Below are positions 48,351 through 57,770 of a DNA stretch of 64,000 nucleotides, piece after piece. The DNA comes from a virus. Its lineage: Duplodnaviria; Heunggongvirae; Uroviricota; Caudoviricetes; Schitoviridae. A program made the translations under genes and the position numbers. Where the stretch lies: positions 11,881-75,880 of IMG/VR virus record IMGVR_UViG_2974672398_000001, one strand, 5' to 3'. The notes below the pieces were generated by a model that saw only the letters and a list, made by a program, of their open reading frames with translations, was not told the DNA's origin and did not search any database. The first letter of the stretch is position 1, and each line of letters starts with the position of its first letter.

Positions 48351-49433
48351 TTAGTCGTCTGCGAATAGGTACTTCGCGTTTTGCACAATCCATTTGCGCA
48401 TTACAGGGTCTTTCTTGACCGCAGGTGTACGCTTGAACATGTCACGGAAACAGATAATCTGGAATTCCATGCTCATACGCTCTACGTACTTAACAACCTT
48501 AGCTAGGTCAGTTGGTTCTGTCTTAGATGCGATAGTACCGCAAGTAAAGTACAGAGCTGACGGTTCATCTGGCACATCTAGCGTGTCAGGGCGTGCAAGG
48601 ATTTGAGCGAAAGTTGGCAGTTTAGAACCAATTTCACAGTAACCTAGGAAAGCACGAGCAGGGCCTTCGCCTACAATACCAGCCATAGCAGGCATGTGTT
48701 CAGCGGTTAGGTCGTTTGCTAGACCGTAACGAGACATGAACTCCCAAGTACGAGGACACGGGAATGTCTTATCGTGATGGTTTGGATCAAATTCATGTAG
48801 CTTTTCCGGTGCGAACGCGATGTAAGATGTAACACGAGGGTCAATACCTGCGCCATAAGCCCAAGACAGCCAATCTTCTTCACCACCTTCAGTTTCGATT
48901 TCGAAGTGAACTAGACGAGACTGCATAGCAGTACCAATCTTATTCACGATAGCGCCATCGTTCTTACGGTTACCCGCACACACAACATGAACCTTCTTAT
49001 GTAGCTTGTGCTGACCTACTTCTTTATCAAGTGCTAGCTTGTACGCAGCAGCTTGAACAGACATTGGTGCAGATGGTAATTCATCCAAGAACAACAACCA
49101 GCCGTCGAAACCGGCAGGAATATCGGTACCTTCAATTGGGAATAGATCGAACGGAGTGAATGTAGCACTGCCGTTAACGATCGCAGGCAAACCACTTAGG
49201 TCAGTTGGATCAGAGGTAGATAGACGGTGGTCAATCACCTTCAGGTTCATAGACTTAGCAACTTGACGAACCATATCCGACTTACCGATGCCCGGAGCAC
49301 CAGCTACGTATGGTACTAGACCCGCTTTGAGACTGTTTACAACGAATTTAGCTGAAGATTTTAGTGATACTTGCATTACTCTATTTCCTTTATTTACTTT
49401 ATTTACAATGAGGTTAGTTATCAATGAAAGCAC
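48351..49433 (-). CDS. MoxR/AAA_5-type ATPase
   Basis: Walker A VAGAPGIGKSDMV. Walker B LLFLDELPSAP. Size 360 aa. Confidence 0.65.
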   Translation of the reverse strand: MLSLITNLIVNKVNKGNRVMQVSLKSSAKFVVNSLKAGLVPYVAGAPGIGKSDMVRQVAKSMNLKVIDHRLSTSDPTDLSGLPAIVNGSATFTPFDLFPIEGTDIPAGFDGWLLFLDELPSAPMSVQAAAYKLALDKEVGQHKLHKKVHVVCAGNRKNDGAIVNKIGTAMQSRLVHFEIETEGGEEDWLSWAYGAGIDPRVTSYIAFAPEKLHEFDPNHHDKTFPCPRTWEFMSRYGLANDLTAEHMPAMAGIVGEGPARAFLGYCEIGSKLPTFAQILARPDTLDVPDEPSALYFTCGTIASKTEPTDLAKVVKYVERMSMEFQIICFRDMFKRTPAVKKDPVMRKWIVQNAKYLFADD

Positions 49434-49490
49434 TCGATATGTACAAGTACTCTCATTGATAAAGCCTCCTAATAGAAGGCTTTAAATAGG

Positions 49491-49610
49491 TCGTGAGTGG
49501 GCGATTCGAACACCCATTATACACCACCTGATCAGGGTGACTTCTGTACCAGATTTCGCCTAAGCATTCATGACTACTCTAAGGCTTATACGTCCCGAAC
49601 TGGACTCACG
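49491..49610 (-). tRNA. tRNA-like element (120 nt): canonical acceptor stem, T-arm and anticodon stem-loop (anticodon GAU), with a ~44-nt insertion in the D region
   Basis: On the - strand a perfect 7-bp acceptor pairs CGTGAGT with ACTCACG. The T-arm is GGGTG-TTCGAAT-CGCCC. The anticodon stem-loop is TCACC-CTGATCA-GGTGG. A discriminator A is followed by CC. The length does not fit a standard tRNA. Confidence 0.4.
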
Positions 49611-49618
49611 TTTATGTT

Positions 49619-50011
49619 TTACACCTTATCGCGTAGTGCGATAAGCTCTTCAACCGACAGGTTGCTTAGAGATTCATCTTCTTTCTGAGCAATCAGCTCA
49701 TCAAGTTTAGAACGTTCTTGCTTACGCTTAACCGCAGTAGCTTTGATATCACGCTTCTCTTGACGATATGCGATTACCTCTTTTACGATTTGAAGCTTAG
49801 TTGCAGCAAGACTACCTTTTTTAGACGCAGGCTCAATGAAACTCACAGTACTGACTTCAGCTTGTTCGTGTAGGCGAATAGCCACATCGTTTAACTGAGT
49901 CATAGGTAGTTGGAACAGGTCCTCTAACGTGAGGTCTCCTTTTGCAGAGGCAAAGCGATAACGCTCAGCCAGTGCCACCATTAGTAGTTTTACCATTAGT
50001 AGTTTCTCCAT
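49619..50011 (-). CDS. Hypothetical protein (130 aa)
   Basis: ORF only. Confidence 0.35.
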   Translation of the reverse strand: MEKLLMVKLLMVALAERYRFASAKGDLTLEDLFQLPMTQLNDVAIRLHEQAEVSTVSFIEPASKKGSLAATKLQIVKEVIAYRQEKRDIKATAVKRKQERSKLDELIAQKEDESLSNLSVEELIALRDKV

Positions 50012-50020
50012 TATGGTTCC

Positions 50021-50221
50021 TTACATTGGACGCACGTTGTTACGTGCTTCGTATTCATTTGAGTGGTCAGCTTGAGCTTGGGCACGATCCCAATCACTAA
50101 ACCACCTCGGTGTAGTTGAGGCATAAGGGCACCAGTAAACGCGGAAGAATATAAACTTCTTCTTACATACATAGTACCCCTTTTCGCCTAACCCATTAAC
50201 TACAGGGGTTACGTACCACAT
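50021..50221 (-). CDS. Hypothetical protein (66 aa)
   Basis: ORF with overlapping stop/start. Confidence 0.3.
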   Translation of the reverse strand: MWYVTPVVNGLGEKGYYVCKKKFIFFRVYWCPYASTTPRWFSDWDRAQAQADHSNEYEARNNVRPM

Positions 50222-52200
50222 TAGAAGCTAATGTTGTACAGGCGGCCATCGGCACGTACCACTAGAGTATCGCGCTTGGTAGCAGAGAAGCCTAAGCCAC
50301 TTGCTTGGTCCGTAGTGTGAGGAGCTTTCAACTTAGCACCTAGATGCTCGAACACCTTACGGTCTTCATGTAGGGCATCGCTTAGGAACTCGTTATAAAG
50401 TCCACGTGCTTGGTCAGGGTTCACACAGTTCTCCATTACGAAGAAGTAGTGCTTATTGCCAACAGCATTGTCGTCCCAGAAGTTAGGGCTGAGCATGCTC
50501 ATCGTAACTTTATGGAACTGACCAGTAGTAATCCCCCAATGGTCAATACCTGGAGCAGCTTGACCGCCTTTAGTGGTATTGATTGAGAACACGCCATCTT
50601 TCAATGTAACCGTAGCTACATCAACATTGTTGGTACCGCGAGGAATGTTACCTGAGAACGAATGGATCTTACCGTCAAATTCAATTTCAGCTTCCCAGTC
50701 AGCGTTACCGCCGCCAGAGAAGTCATTGATATGGAATTTGTATTCGCCATTGCGCATACGTTTAACGTTAGGCCAAGTAATGTTTTCAACAGCTACCTTG
50801 TGACCCGGAGATACAATATCTACGTCCAGATTACCGCCAGTAGAATCATGACGAGAACTGTAGTAGATGTGACCAGCAGGACCCTTACAGTGAGCATCTA
50901 AGTCACGAGGGTACTGGCTGTTCTCATTCCAACGGATAGAGAAACGTAGATCACCATCGATCTTACCGCCATGAGCTTTAACCTGCTCTGCCATAGAGTC
51001 AGTCACTTCACCGTTGTAAGTCCACGAGAAGTTGTTATCCCATTTCAGAATACCCGGTGCATCAGCATTAACTGGAGCCACAAGACTAAACAAGTTGCCG
51101 GTGTGTTTACGGTCAAACATCGCTTCAAGAGAAGATGTTTTGTTCAACACGTTAGACACAAAGTCAGCAATATTAATATTAGTCGCTTTCGTTGGATCAA
51201 CGCTAGAAGGCTTACCGCCAGTACCTAGGACATCAAATGCACCAAGAGACTCTTTTACTGAACGATCTGCATGAAGCACATTGTTGATAGTAAGATCATC
51301 AGTCTTAGCGAAACGACGCATCAGACTATCTTGGATACCAAGGACCGCTACGCGATCGTGAGCAGCTTTAATCATCTTAGGGGTGACTAGTGCTTTACTA
51401 CGTTTATAGTTGGCAGGAGCTACACGAGCTTCATATTTGCCTACTGCTGTCTCAAGATCATCGCCTTTGGCCATGTCGATTAGCAGTGAACCAATAACAG
51501 TAGAACGGATGTTACCTGCGTGACCTACTTTAAGGGCTTGTGCCCATAACCATGCTTCTTTATCCACAGCTTTGCTGTAAGAATCTTGCATAGTAAGTAA
51601 TGCGTTCAGCTTAGCTTTATGCTCGTCACCACGGTATAGAGTACCTGAAGTACACAGCTCGTAGATTGTTGCTACGTTGTCAGGGTTCAGCTCAGTTACC
51701 GATCGCTCGATACCTTGCTTCATGTCACGGAACTCACCACGCATACGTGCACGATCATTGTGAGCATATGCACTAGGGAATTTGTAGTGGAAGTGGTTCC
51801 AAGTGATATTTGCATCGTAGTTATCGATAGATGTAGCTTGGCTAATCATGCAGTTGTCTACATATAGCTTAGTGTCGATGTTACGTGCACGTACGTAAGC
51901 AGCCATAGCATCAGCTACAGCTTGGTAAGCAGGTTCAGATACTTTGATGTCCCAAATGGTCATCAACTCACCCTTCTTATTGTAAGCTACTGCACCACCA
52001 ACCTTACGGATGAATGATTTACAGCAGTTACAGTCGTGCTCAGTACGCTCACGAAAGATAGGGTTAGAACCTTGAGGGAATGCTGCCAAGTAAGCATCAA
52101 AGATTTCATCTTTGTTTACTTCAACAGTAAGTAAGTGACCTAGTCTAAGCATCTTATCCAGTTGCTTAGTAATTGCTTGTGCGAATGGTTTAAAGTCCAT
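50221..52200 (-). CDS. Large conserved hypothetical protein (659 aa)
   Basis: Long ORF in the middle module. No confident motif, although HDCNCCKSF is a possible Zn site. May correspond to an N4 rII-like or other middle protein. Confidence 0.35.
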   Translation of the reverse strand: MDFKPFAQAITKQLDKMLRLGHLLTVEVNKDEIFDAYLAAFPQGSNPIFRERTEHDCNCCKSFIRKVGGAVAYNKKGELMTIWDIKVSEPAYQAVADAMAAYVRARNIDTKLYVDNCMISQATSIDNYDANITWNHFHYKFPSAYAHNDRARMRGEFRDMKQGIERSVTELNPDNVATIYELCTSGTLYRGDEHKAKLNALLTMQDSYSKAVDKEAWLWAQALKVGHAGNIRSTVIGSLLIDMAKGDDLETAVGKYEARVAPANYKRSKALVTPKMIKAAHDRVAVLGIQDSLMRRFAKTDDLTINNVLHADRSVKESLGAFDVLGTGGKPSSVDPTKATNINIADFVSNVLNKTSSLEAMFDRKHTGNLFSLVAPVNADAPGILKWDNNFSWTYNGEVTDSMAEQVKAHGGKIDGDLRFSIRWNENSQYPRDLDAHCKGPAGHIYYSSRHDSTGGNLDVDIVSPGHKVAVENITWPNVKRMRNGEYKFHINDFSGGGNADWEAEIEFDGKIHSFSGNIPRGTNNVDVATVTLKDGVFSINTTKGGQAAPGIDHWGITTGQFHKVTMSMLSPNFWDDNAVGNKHYFFVMENCVNPDQARGLYNEFLSDALHEDRKVFEHLGAKLKAPHTTDQASGLGFSATKRDTLVVRADGRLYNISF

Positions 52201-52448
52201 TATTCATCTTCCAATAGTTGGTTAAGTTTTATGCAGTCCCATTCATCTTCTGATAACCCTCGTGCACGTTCAAGTAGATCAAAGTCTTCTTTTTCTATGA
52301 AGTAGTGATTCTTACAAGTTATAAGAATGTCATTATCTGTATCCAGTTCAAATTCAACACCCTCATCATTTGCTATGCACAGTCCAGTTTTATCACTGAG
52401 GGTGAACAGGCTCGTGTCTACTTCTACAGTGAGTTTATGCGTTGTCAT
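52200..52448 (-). CDS. Hypothetical acidic protein (82 aa)
   Basis: ORF with C-terminal NQLLEDE tail. Confidence 0.35.
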   Translation of the reverse strand: MTTHKLTVEVDTSLFTLSDKTGLCIANDEGVEFELDTDNDILITCKNHYFIEKEDFDLLERARGLSEDEWDCIKLNQLLEDE

Positions 52449-52791
52449 GCTCCTGTTCCTTAATAGCTTTCATGGTACGTTGTACCATACGTAGGATGTG
52501 TTCCCACTCTACGTCAGGTGTTTGCGAGACTAGTTTTTCCATCTGCCCTTTTAACTGGTTAACGTCATTACGTACACCCGCTGAGTTAGCTGGCAAGTAT
52601 CCAAGGCGATTATCGAGACGATCGATGGTTGAATTTTCACGTGTCATTGGAAGACCAGTAAGAGCACACGTCTTGCGCATACGCATACGCTTAAATTGCG
52701 GGAACAGTAACTCAAACTTATGCCCTGCTTGCTCGGCATTGTGTGCTTTAGTTACATACTTTTTACTCAGTTGAATTTCTTGCTTTACCAT
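52435..52791 (-). CDS. Hypothetical protein with a degenerate HNH-like motif (118 aa)
   Basis: CALTGLPMTRENSTIDRLDNRLGY...N...KG resembles an HNH core in which the first His is replaced (DR for DH). Confidence 0.3.
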   Translation of the reverse strand: MVKQEIQLSKKYVTKAHNAEQAGHKFELLFPQFKRMRMRKTCALTGLPMTRENSTIDRLDNRLGYLPANSAGVRNDVNQLKGQMEKLVSQTPDVEWEHILRMVQRTMKAIKEQEHDNA

Positions 52792-52826
52792 TGAATGTTC
52801 CTTTATTAATACATCTTGGTTTAAAT

Positions 52827-52856
52827 TGGTGGGCCTCGGGAGATTCGAACTCGCCT
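52827..52856 (-). tRNA. tRNA 3' remnant (T-arm, acceptor 3' strand, encoded CCA) with no 5' half, abutting or overlapping the HNH gene
   Basis: - strand GCGAG-TTCGAAT-CTCCC-GAGGCCC-A-CCA. The T-stem has one C·C mismatch. No complementary 5' acceptor strand or D-arm can be found upstream. Confidence 0.35.
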
Positions 52857-52865
52857 ACCCTTCCC

Positions 52866-53324
52866 TTATACGTTCTTTAATGTGCGACTTGTTTTAATAG
52901 AGCGACATTCCCTACCGCATGTAGATTGCCCTTGTATTAGTGCAATCTGTCGCGCTTTAGGTCTAACAGACCCTTTGGCACGTTTAATGGTGGTGCCGCA
53001 AATAAAACATAAACCCTCTAAATACACTGTCCTCTTCTTAAGGTTATCCACCATAGACATTAATTGAAGATTACTCACGTCGTCGTTAGTCTTATCATCA
53101 TCAATATGGTCTACCGTTTCATCCTTAGTAAGATACCTACCTAGTTTAACCGCCAGTAAGTATCTGGCGTACTGTGTAGAGGAACGGTCATCATCTGAGT
53201 TATACAGCGTTAGTGTTCTACGCCCGTCACTATTAATGTTTAAGTACGCTTTTCTCCAATCAGCACTGTATGGGTGTTGGAGTTCAATTAAAGTATCTGC
53301 CATAAGTTGTTGATCATACCTCAT
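52866..53324 (-). CDS. HNH homing endonuclease with a C-terminal zinc ribbon
   Basis: VDHIDDDKTNDDVSNLQLMS. CFICGT...CGREC. Confidence 0.75.
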   Translation of the reverse strand: MRYDQQLMADTLIELQHPYSADWRKAYLNINSDGRRTLTLYNSDDDRSSTQYARYLLAVKLGRYLTKDETVDHIDDDKTNDDVSNLQLMSMVDNLKKRTVYLEGLCFICGTTIKRAKGSVRPKARQIALIQGQSTCGRECRSIKTSRTLKNV

Positions 53325-53344
53325 GAGCTTCAGGCCCGGTGTTA

Positions 53345-53424
53345 GGTCTCTCAGGGTGGATTCGAACCACCGACAACTCCTTAGTTAAATGGTAGGAGCA
53401 CTCTGACCACTGAGCTACCGAGAG
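53345..53424 (-). tRNA. tRNA gene (78 nt plus CC) with an enlarged 12-nt anticodon loop
   Basis: - strand: acceptor CTCTCGG/CTGAGAG; D-arm GCTC-AGTGGTCA-GAGT; anticodon stem CTCCT/AGGAG enclosing ACCATTTAACTA; T-arm GGTGG-TTCGAAT-CCACC; discriminator A; CC. Confidence 0.55.
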
Positions 53425-53480
53425 AGAATAGATTAATTGGCATAGTCCCCTAGGTACACCGACCTAAGAGACTATAACTA

Positions 53481-53699
53481 TCAACCTAAAAGGTTAATGA
53501 AGCCTAGGATTGCTCCCAATGGGAATACTAGAACCCCTGTGGCTTTAAGAAGTACCCAGCCGGTGATTACACCAGCTGAAGCGATTTGAACGATGTTGAG
53601 TATCCAGCCAATGAAGGCCAGAAAACCAAGTATTTGCATACTAACCTCGACGGATATGTGTACGTACTCTAGCTGTACCATCTTGAATGCTCTTAGCAT
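53481..53699 (-). CDS. Small membrane protein (72 aa)
   Basis: Two hydrophobic helices. Confidence 0.35.
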   Translation of the reverse strand: MLRAFKMVQLEYVHISVEVSMQILGFLAFIGWILNIVQIASAGVITGWVLLKATGVLVFPLGAILGFINLLG

Positions 53700-53985
53700 C
53701 CGTCAACCAACGGTAGTGTGTACGCTCACCGATTTTAAAGAATAAACGTAAGCTCTTACGCTCATTGCGTGGAGTCATTGCGAATAACTCTGCATAAGCG
53801 AGTTTGAATTCTAAAGGAACACGGATAGCGCCTGACGGATAAGTGTACTCATCTTTCAGCTGCACTTTAAGTGAGCTTGCGATACGAATACGTTGGATAC
53901 CTGCACGGCTAGTAGTGCCTACAGCTTGCTTCAGTGAAGCGCCAGTGAATAGTGAAAGTTGGTTTAATTTAAGTACTGTTTTCAT
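53641..53985 (-). CDS. Hypothetical protein (up to 114 aa; start uncertain)
   Basis: ORF that overlaps the downstream gene by 59 nt. Confidence 0.3.
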   Translation of the reverse strand: MKTVLKLNQLSLFTGASLKQAVGTTSRAGIQRIRIASSLKVQLKDEYTYPSGAIRVPLEFKLAYAELFAMTPRNERKSLRLFFKIGERTHYRWLTDAKSIQDGTARVRTHIRRG

Positions 53986-54232
53986 AAGATTTACTCTAAG
54001 GTTATTTTACGGAGACACTTGTAGCCTTTAGGTATGGCCATATTTAGTGTCTGATTTAAGGATTCATGGCGGTAATGACAGATTCTTAATTCGAATCCGT
54101 CAACAATTGATAGGGATGAACCCAACAACAGAAGGCTAATCATGCGCTTGGTGAAAGTTCATAAACTTACCAATAACAAAGGTGTGACCGTATGGTTTAC
54201 TCATTAGACTGTTCCTATACTTTTAATCTATC

Positions 54233-54649
54233 TTAAGATTTGTCTTCCAACAGATCTTCCATTTTTAACTCTTCGAGCGTTCGGGTTTCAATATCCAAAT
54301 GCTCTTCAGGTGGGGTTAAGTTTCTGAATAGTTTTGTAACACCCTCTGACGTTTTAAAGAATACTCGACTGGCATTACGTAAATGACACAGATCCCAATC
54401 TTTATCACCGCTAGTTTCTCCCAGAAACCATTTAGAAGGTACAAGTCCCCATAATCGGTACACCTGCACTGCGTAACGCACATCTCCGGTTATTTTATCC
54501 GTAACAATCACTGCCTTAGGTACAAGTCCCCAACGCTTGTGATTTATTCGACTTTCTGGTTCGCCACAACTGTTGAACCCTAAAAGTGCTACCCAGAAAA
54601 CAGGTAAAAGCACTGCTGCTATTGTTACCATCACTATAAAAAACTGCAT
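54233..54649 (-). CDS. Membrane-anchored or secreted protein (138 aa)
   Basis: N-terminal hydrophobic segment MQFFIVMVTIAAVLLPVFWVALLGF. C-terminal MEDLLEDKS tail. Confidence 0.4.
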   Translation of the reverse strand: MQFFIVMVTIAAVLLPVFWVALLGFNSCGEPESRINHKRWGLVPKAVIVTDKITGDVRYAVQVYRLWGLVPSKWFLGETSGDKDWDLCHLRNASRVFFKTSEGVTKLFRNLTPPEEHLDIETRTLEELKMEDLLEDKS

Positions 54650-54674
54650 AGACTATCTCATACTCTTTAATTAT

Positions 54675-55172
54675 CTAAGCTTTCGTCCACTTCTTGTGGC
54701 TACGGTTCTTAGAGTTATGAACGTCACTCATGTGACCTGTATGTAATCCATGATCCTTACAGAACTGGTGGAGATTATATATCTCTACTCTATTACCCTT
54801 AGGGTCGAGGAATACGTAATGCTTTGCTGAGGCTGCTATACTATTAGCCTTAGCGTTTATGAATGTACAAGTGTCAGGACTGTATACTTTACTGCCTGGC
54901 ACCTTAGTATCTTTATCGAGCTGATACCCTTCAATGAAGTGTTTAGCTACCCACGCAGCAAAGGTTTGGTAGCAGTGCCATTCATCACACACTGTGATTC
55001 CTTTGCCACCATACCATCTAAAAGCTGGGTCATGTTCCACATAGCAACGTGCTAACATGTTGCGCCACATCGCGTAGCATTTGACGCTTTGCCCCTTACT
55101 GTTAGTGGCAGGGTAGTCCCCTTCACCTAAGTAGCCTACACCGGCCACTGTAGGTTTTAGTCTATCTGACAT
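54675..55172 (-). CDS. Homing-endonuclease-like Cys/Trp-rich protein (paralog 2)
   Basis: CYAMWRNMLARCY...YGGKGITVCDEWHCYQTFAAW...LDKD...YSPDTCTF. Confidence 0.5.
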   Translation of the reverse strand: MSDRLKPTVAGVGYLGEGDYPATNSKGQSVKCYAMWRNMLARCYVEHDPAFRWYGGKGITVCDEWHCYQTFAAWVAKHFIEGYQLDKDTKVPGSKVYSPDTCTFINAKANSIAASAKHYVFLDPKGNRVEIYNLHQFCKDHGLHTGHMSDVHNSKNRSHKKWTKA

Positions 55173-55310
55173 TCCTGTACTCCACTTAAATTCTTCTCAA
55201 AGCTTTTCCAACCATTCCTAGAACTCCACTAGAAGCAGGCTATCTTACCTAGAATCTTCTAAAATCCACTAGTGAACGAAGTGAATGCTTTTGATCTTTG
55301 TGTGCTCTAA

Positions 55311-55336
55311 GAAAAAAAGAAAGGCTTACGCCTTTC
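55311..55336 (-). terminator. Rho-independent terminator on the - strand that overlaps the stop codon of 55326..55757
   Basis: GAAAGGC-TTAC-GCCTTTC, with a preceding A7 run on the + strand that gives a U-run on the - strand transcript. Confidence 0.6.
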
Positions 55337-55757
55337 TCCATTGTTTGTGATGACCACGTTTACCTTTCATCACCTCATACAGAGCTGAGTTATTGAGGCC
55401 GTTGTCTCGTGCAAACTTCTTTAGGTTATACACATCATGCACTGTGCCATCAGGAGCTTGTATCTTCCAATAGCGAGCATGGGTGATTTCCATATTGCGT
55501 GCATGTGATACAACAGTGCAGGTATCAGGTGAATACACATTACTGCTACTTGCATCCTTGTCGATGTCATTGCCATCAACGTTGTTGTCGTCGCACCACT
55601 TAGCGAAGGTAGTAAAGTCATGCCACTCTTCACATACTGTTACGCCCTTACCACCATAATACTTATAGTTGACTGCATCAGGGTTGTAGCAGCGTTGCAT
55701 CATGTTGTGCCACCGTGAGTGGTGGGGTTTTAAATAGTCTTTCATTTTGTTCTCCAA
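55326..55757 (-). CDS. Homing-endonuclease-like Cys/Trp-rich protein (paralog 3). The likely true start is the ATG at 55745 (MKDYL).
   Basis: SRWHNMMQRCY...YGGKGVTVCEEWHDFTTFAKW...IDKD...YSPDTCTV. SD GGAGAA 5 nt upstream of the internal ATG. The track start is a TTG. Confidence 0.5.
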   Translation of the reverse strand: MENKMKDYLKPHHSRWHNMMQRCYNPDAVNYKYYGGKGVTVCEEWHDFTTFAKWCDDNNVDGNDIDKDASSSNVYSPDTCTVVSHARNMEITHARYWKIQAPDGTVHDVYNLKKFARDNGLNNSALYEVMKGKRGHHKQWRKA

Positions 55758-55761
55758 AAAA

Positions 55762-55777
55762 GGAGCCCGAAGGCTCC
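55762..55777 (-). terminator. Hairpin (GGAGCC-CGAA-GGCTCC) with a U-run on the - strand between two small genes
   Basis: A perfect 6-bp stem sits immediately downstream of the stop of 55780..56001 and upstream of the SD of the next gene. Confidence 0.5.
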
Positions 55778-55779
55778 AA

Positions 55780-56001
55780 TTATAAATCTTCCATTAGAAG
55801 ACTCATCCTAATATAGGCGAGTGCTTCACGGTAGGTGGGTTCAACACCTAGCAGATTACCCATAGCTCGGGCTTCAATGCAATATTCCCTACCTAACTCT
55901 ACCGAATGGACATTGGACACTATCCACGCCCGTGCCGGAGGTGCTACCTCAATTATTAGATACATGCCCACCTGCGTTTCAGACTGGTAAATTTTAAACA
56001 T
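55780..56001 (-). CDS. Hypothetical protein (73 aa)
   Basis: ORF with C-terminal LLMEDL tail. Confidence 0.35.
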   Translation of the reverse strand: MFKIYQSETQVGMYLIIEVAPPARAWIVSNVHSVELGREYCIEARAMGNLLGVEPTYREALAYIRMSLLMEDL

Positions 56002-56170
56002 TCAACAGTGACTCCATTTCGTGAACACAAAGCTCATCCGCAGTGTCCTCCCAATAATTTAATTCATACTCAAGATCTCTAGGTTCTTCATCTAACCACA
56101 TAAATTTTACAGGATGCTTGATTACATAACGCATATCACCATCATCCACCCACAGTTCATATCTCATATC

Positions 56171-56470
56171 TTAATCCCAACAGTCAAAGTGTACGTTTGA
56201 TTTGATAATACCATCTTCAATAACAGTTCTAGACACGCCAGTAGCGTGACCATCTATGTGATGCACCATTACCGCAGTACCTTCCGCATACGAACTAGCT
56301 ATATTGTTCAGGTGTGCAGCTACATTATAGTGCTCAGTGGGTTTACCTCTTTCCATCCAAGTGATGGAGTCACCCTCTAATTTAACTAGGTAAGGTGCAT
56401 TTACAGTGTCACATATTACAGTTGCTTGGCTCAGTACAGGTACTAGGAGCAGTGCTAATAAACGTTTCAT
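56171..56470 (-). CDS. Secreted small protein (99 aa)
   Basis: Signal peptide MKRLLALLLVPVLSQA. Confidence 0.45.
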   Translation of the reverse strand: MKRLLALLLVPVLSQATVICDTVNAPYLVKLEGDSITWMERGKPTEHYNVAAHLNNIASSYAEGTAVMVHHIDGHATGVSRTVIEDGIIKSNVHFDCWD

Positions 56471-56510
56471 ATCTTATCCTTAAAGTGGGGCACCGAAATG
56501 CCCCTATTGA

Positions 56511-57725
56511 TTAACAAATGCAGTATACGCTCTTACGAATGTATGCAGCCATCTCAGTCTTAGTTAGACCGTTGCGTACGTTAGCGTACTCTTCCTCTTC
56601 ACCAGTTAGATCACTGAAGATAGAGCTTAGTAGATCAGACTCTGCTAATTCAGCTAGAATCTCACGGTAATGCTCACGCATTGATTGCACATGGTTTGGC
56701 AGGCTCTTGAACGCATCGTGGATAGTAACCAATTCGAATGACTTACGGCTAAGTACGTCATTGATTACTTTGTTAGCGCGGTAGATCTCTTCGAAGCTAG
56801 ACTCTTCGAAATCCATCTCACATGCAGTACGAAGGCTCATTGGAATAGATAGGTCGATTGGTTCAAGTGACTTAGTATTAAGCATTAGGGCAATCTGACA
56901 CTTATCAGCAATATTACGTAGGTTGTGGCCGGTTACATTCTCGAATGCAGTGTAGTTACAACGTCTGTGCATCTCACGTACCATGTACGCATCGATAGAG
57001 TGAACTACGTTAGCAGCTAGCATTACAGCATGGTCACGAGTACCAACCTCTTTGAACTCTTGGTGGAATGTATACCCAAGTTCATCAATATAGATCTCTT
57101 CCATACGTGAGTTAACCACACGAAGTACTACCTTGAATCCATCAGGAAGTCTCCAGATATACTCTTCAGCTTCTGGATCCCACACTTCAACCAGGTCATT
57201 TCGTAACTCATAAGCCCCTTTAAGCTTCTTACTACACATGTAGTAGAACTCGTCCAGTAGGATTGAACCTGCGCCTAGTTCTTTCTCAGGCTCTGCTGTA
57301 GAGCCGTAGAAGTACGTCATTAGAGCATTCTTAGCCATTGAACGTGTTAGTTCAGTTGCTGACTTAAGACCGGCAAGGATAGCTTTGAATGCTTCGGTAT
57401 AGCAGTCGTAACGCTTTGAAGGGTCAATTAGGTTAGTCCATAGACCACCAGTGTAACAACCAGTCAGGGCTGACATGATCTGTACACCAGATGTAGTTGA
57501 ATCAAACTCAACCAAGTGACCAGAAGGTTTACCAGCTTGCGCATCACGCAGTGCCATTACAGACTTCATGAATGCGATTGGTTCATCAGCATCCAGTACC
57601 ATCTCTTCCAGTTTATCCATATTCTTCTCGGTGAATGCTAGACGCATCTCGAACTCTTTCTTATCAAGGCCGAAGTTGTTTGCTACATCGATGAATAGAG
57701 CTTGCTTACCATTTAACTTGATCAT
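56511..57725 (-). CDS. N4 RNA polymerase II large subunit-like (gp16-like, T7-RNAP palm domain, 404 aa)
   Basis: T7 RNAP motif A-like VEFDSTTSGVQIMSAL. Motif B SMAKNALMTYFYGSTA. Motif C VVHSIDAYMV. The length equals that of N4 p7. Confidence 0.8.
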   Translation of the reverse strand: MIKLNGKQALFIDVANNFGLDKKEFEMRLAFTEKNMDKLEEMVLDADEPIAFMKSVMALRDAQAGKPSGHLVEFDSTTSGVQIMSALTGCYTGGLWTNLIDPSKRYDCYTEAFKAILAGLKSATELTRSMAKNALMTYFYGSTAEPEKELGAGSILLDEFYYMCSKKLKGAYELRNDLVEVWDPEAEEYIWRLPDGFKVVLRVVNSRMEEIYIDELGYTFHQEFKEVGTRDHAVMLAANVVHSIDAYMVREMHRRCNYTAFENVTGHNLRNIADKCQIALMLNTKSLEPIDLSIPMSLRTACEMDFEESSFEEIYRANKVINDVLSRKSFELVTIHDAFKSLPNHVQSMREHYREILAELAESDLLSSIFSDLTGEEEEYANVRNGLTKTEMAAYIRKSVYCIC

Positions 57726-57770
57726 AATACTTTCCTATTTATGAGAGAGGTGCCGACATGACACCTCTTT

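Noticed and set aside
54075-54100. TTCGAATCC (T-loop-like) sequence on the + strand, which suggests a fourth tRNA
   Set aside because: The context is a near-perfect 9-bp inverted repeat, GACAGATTC-TTAATTC-GAATCCGTC, with no acceptor or anticodon arms. It is a simple hairpin, not a tRNA.
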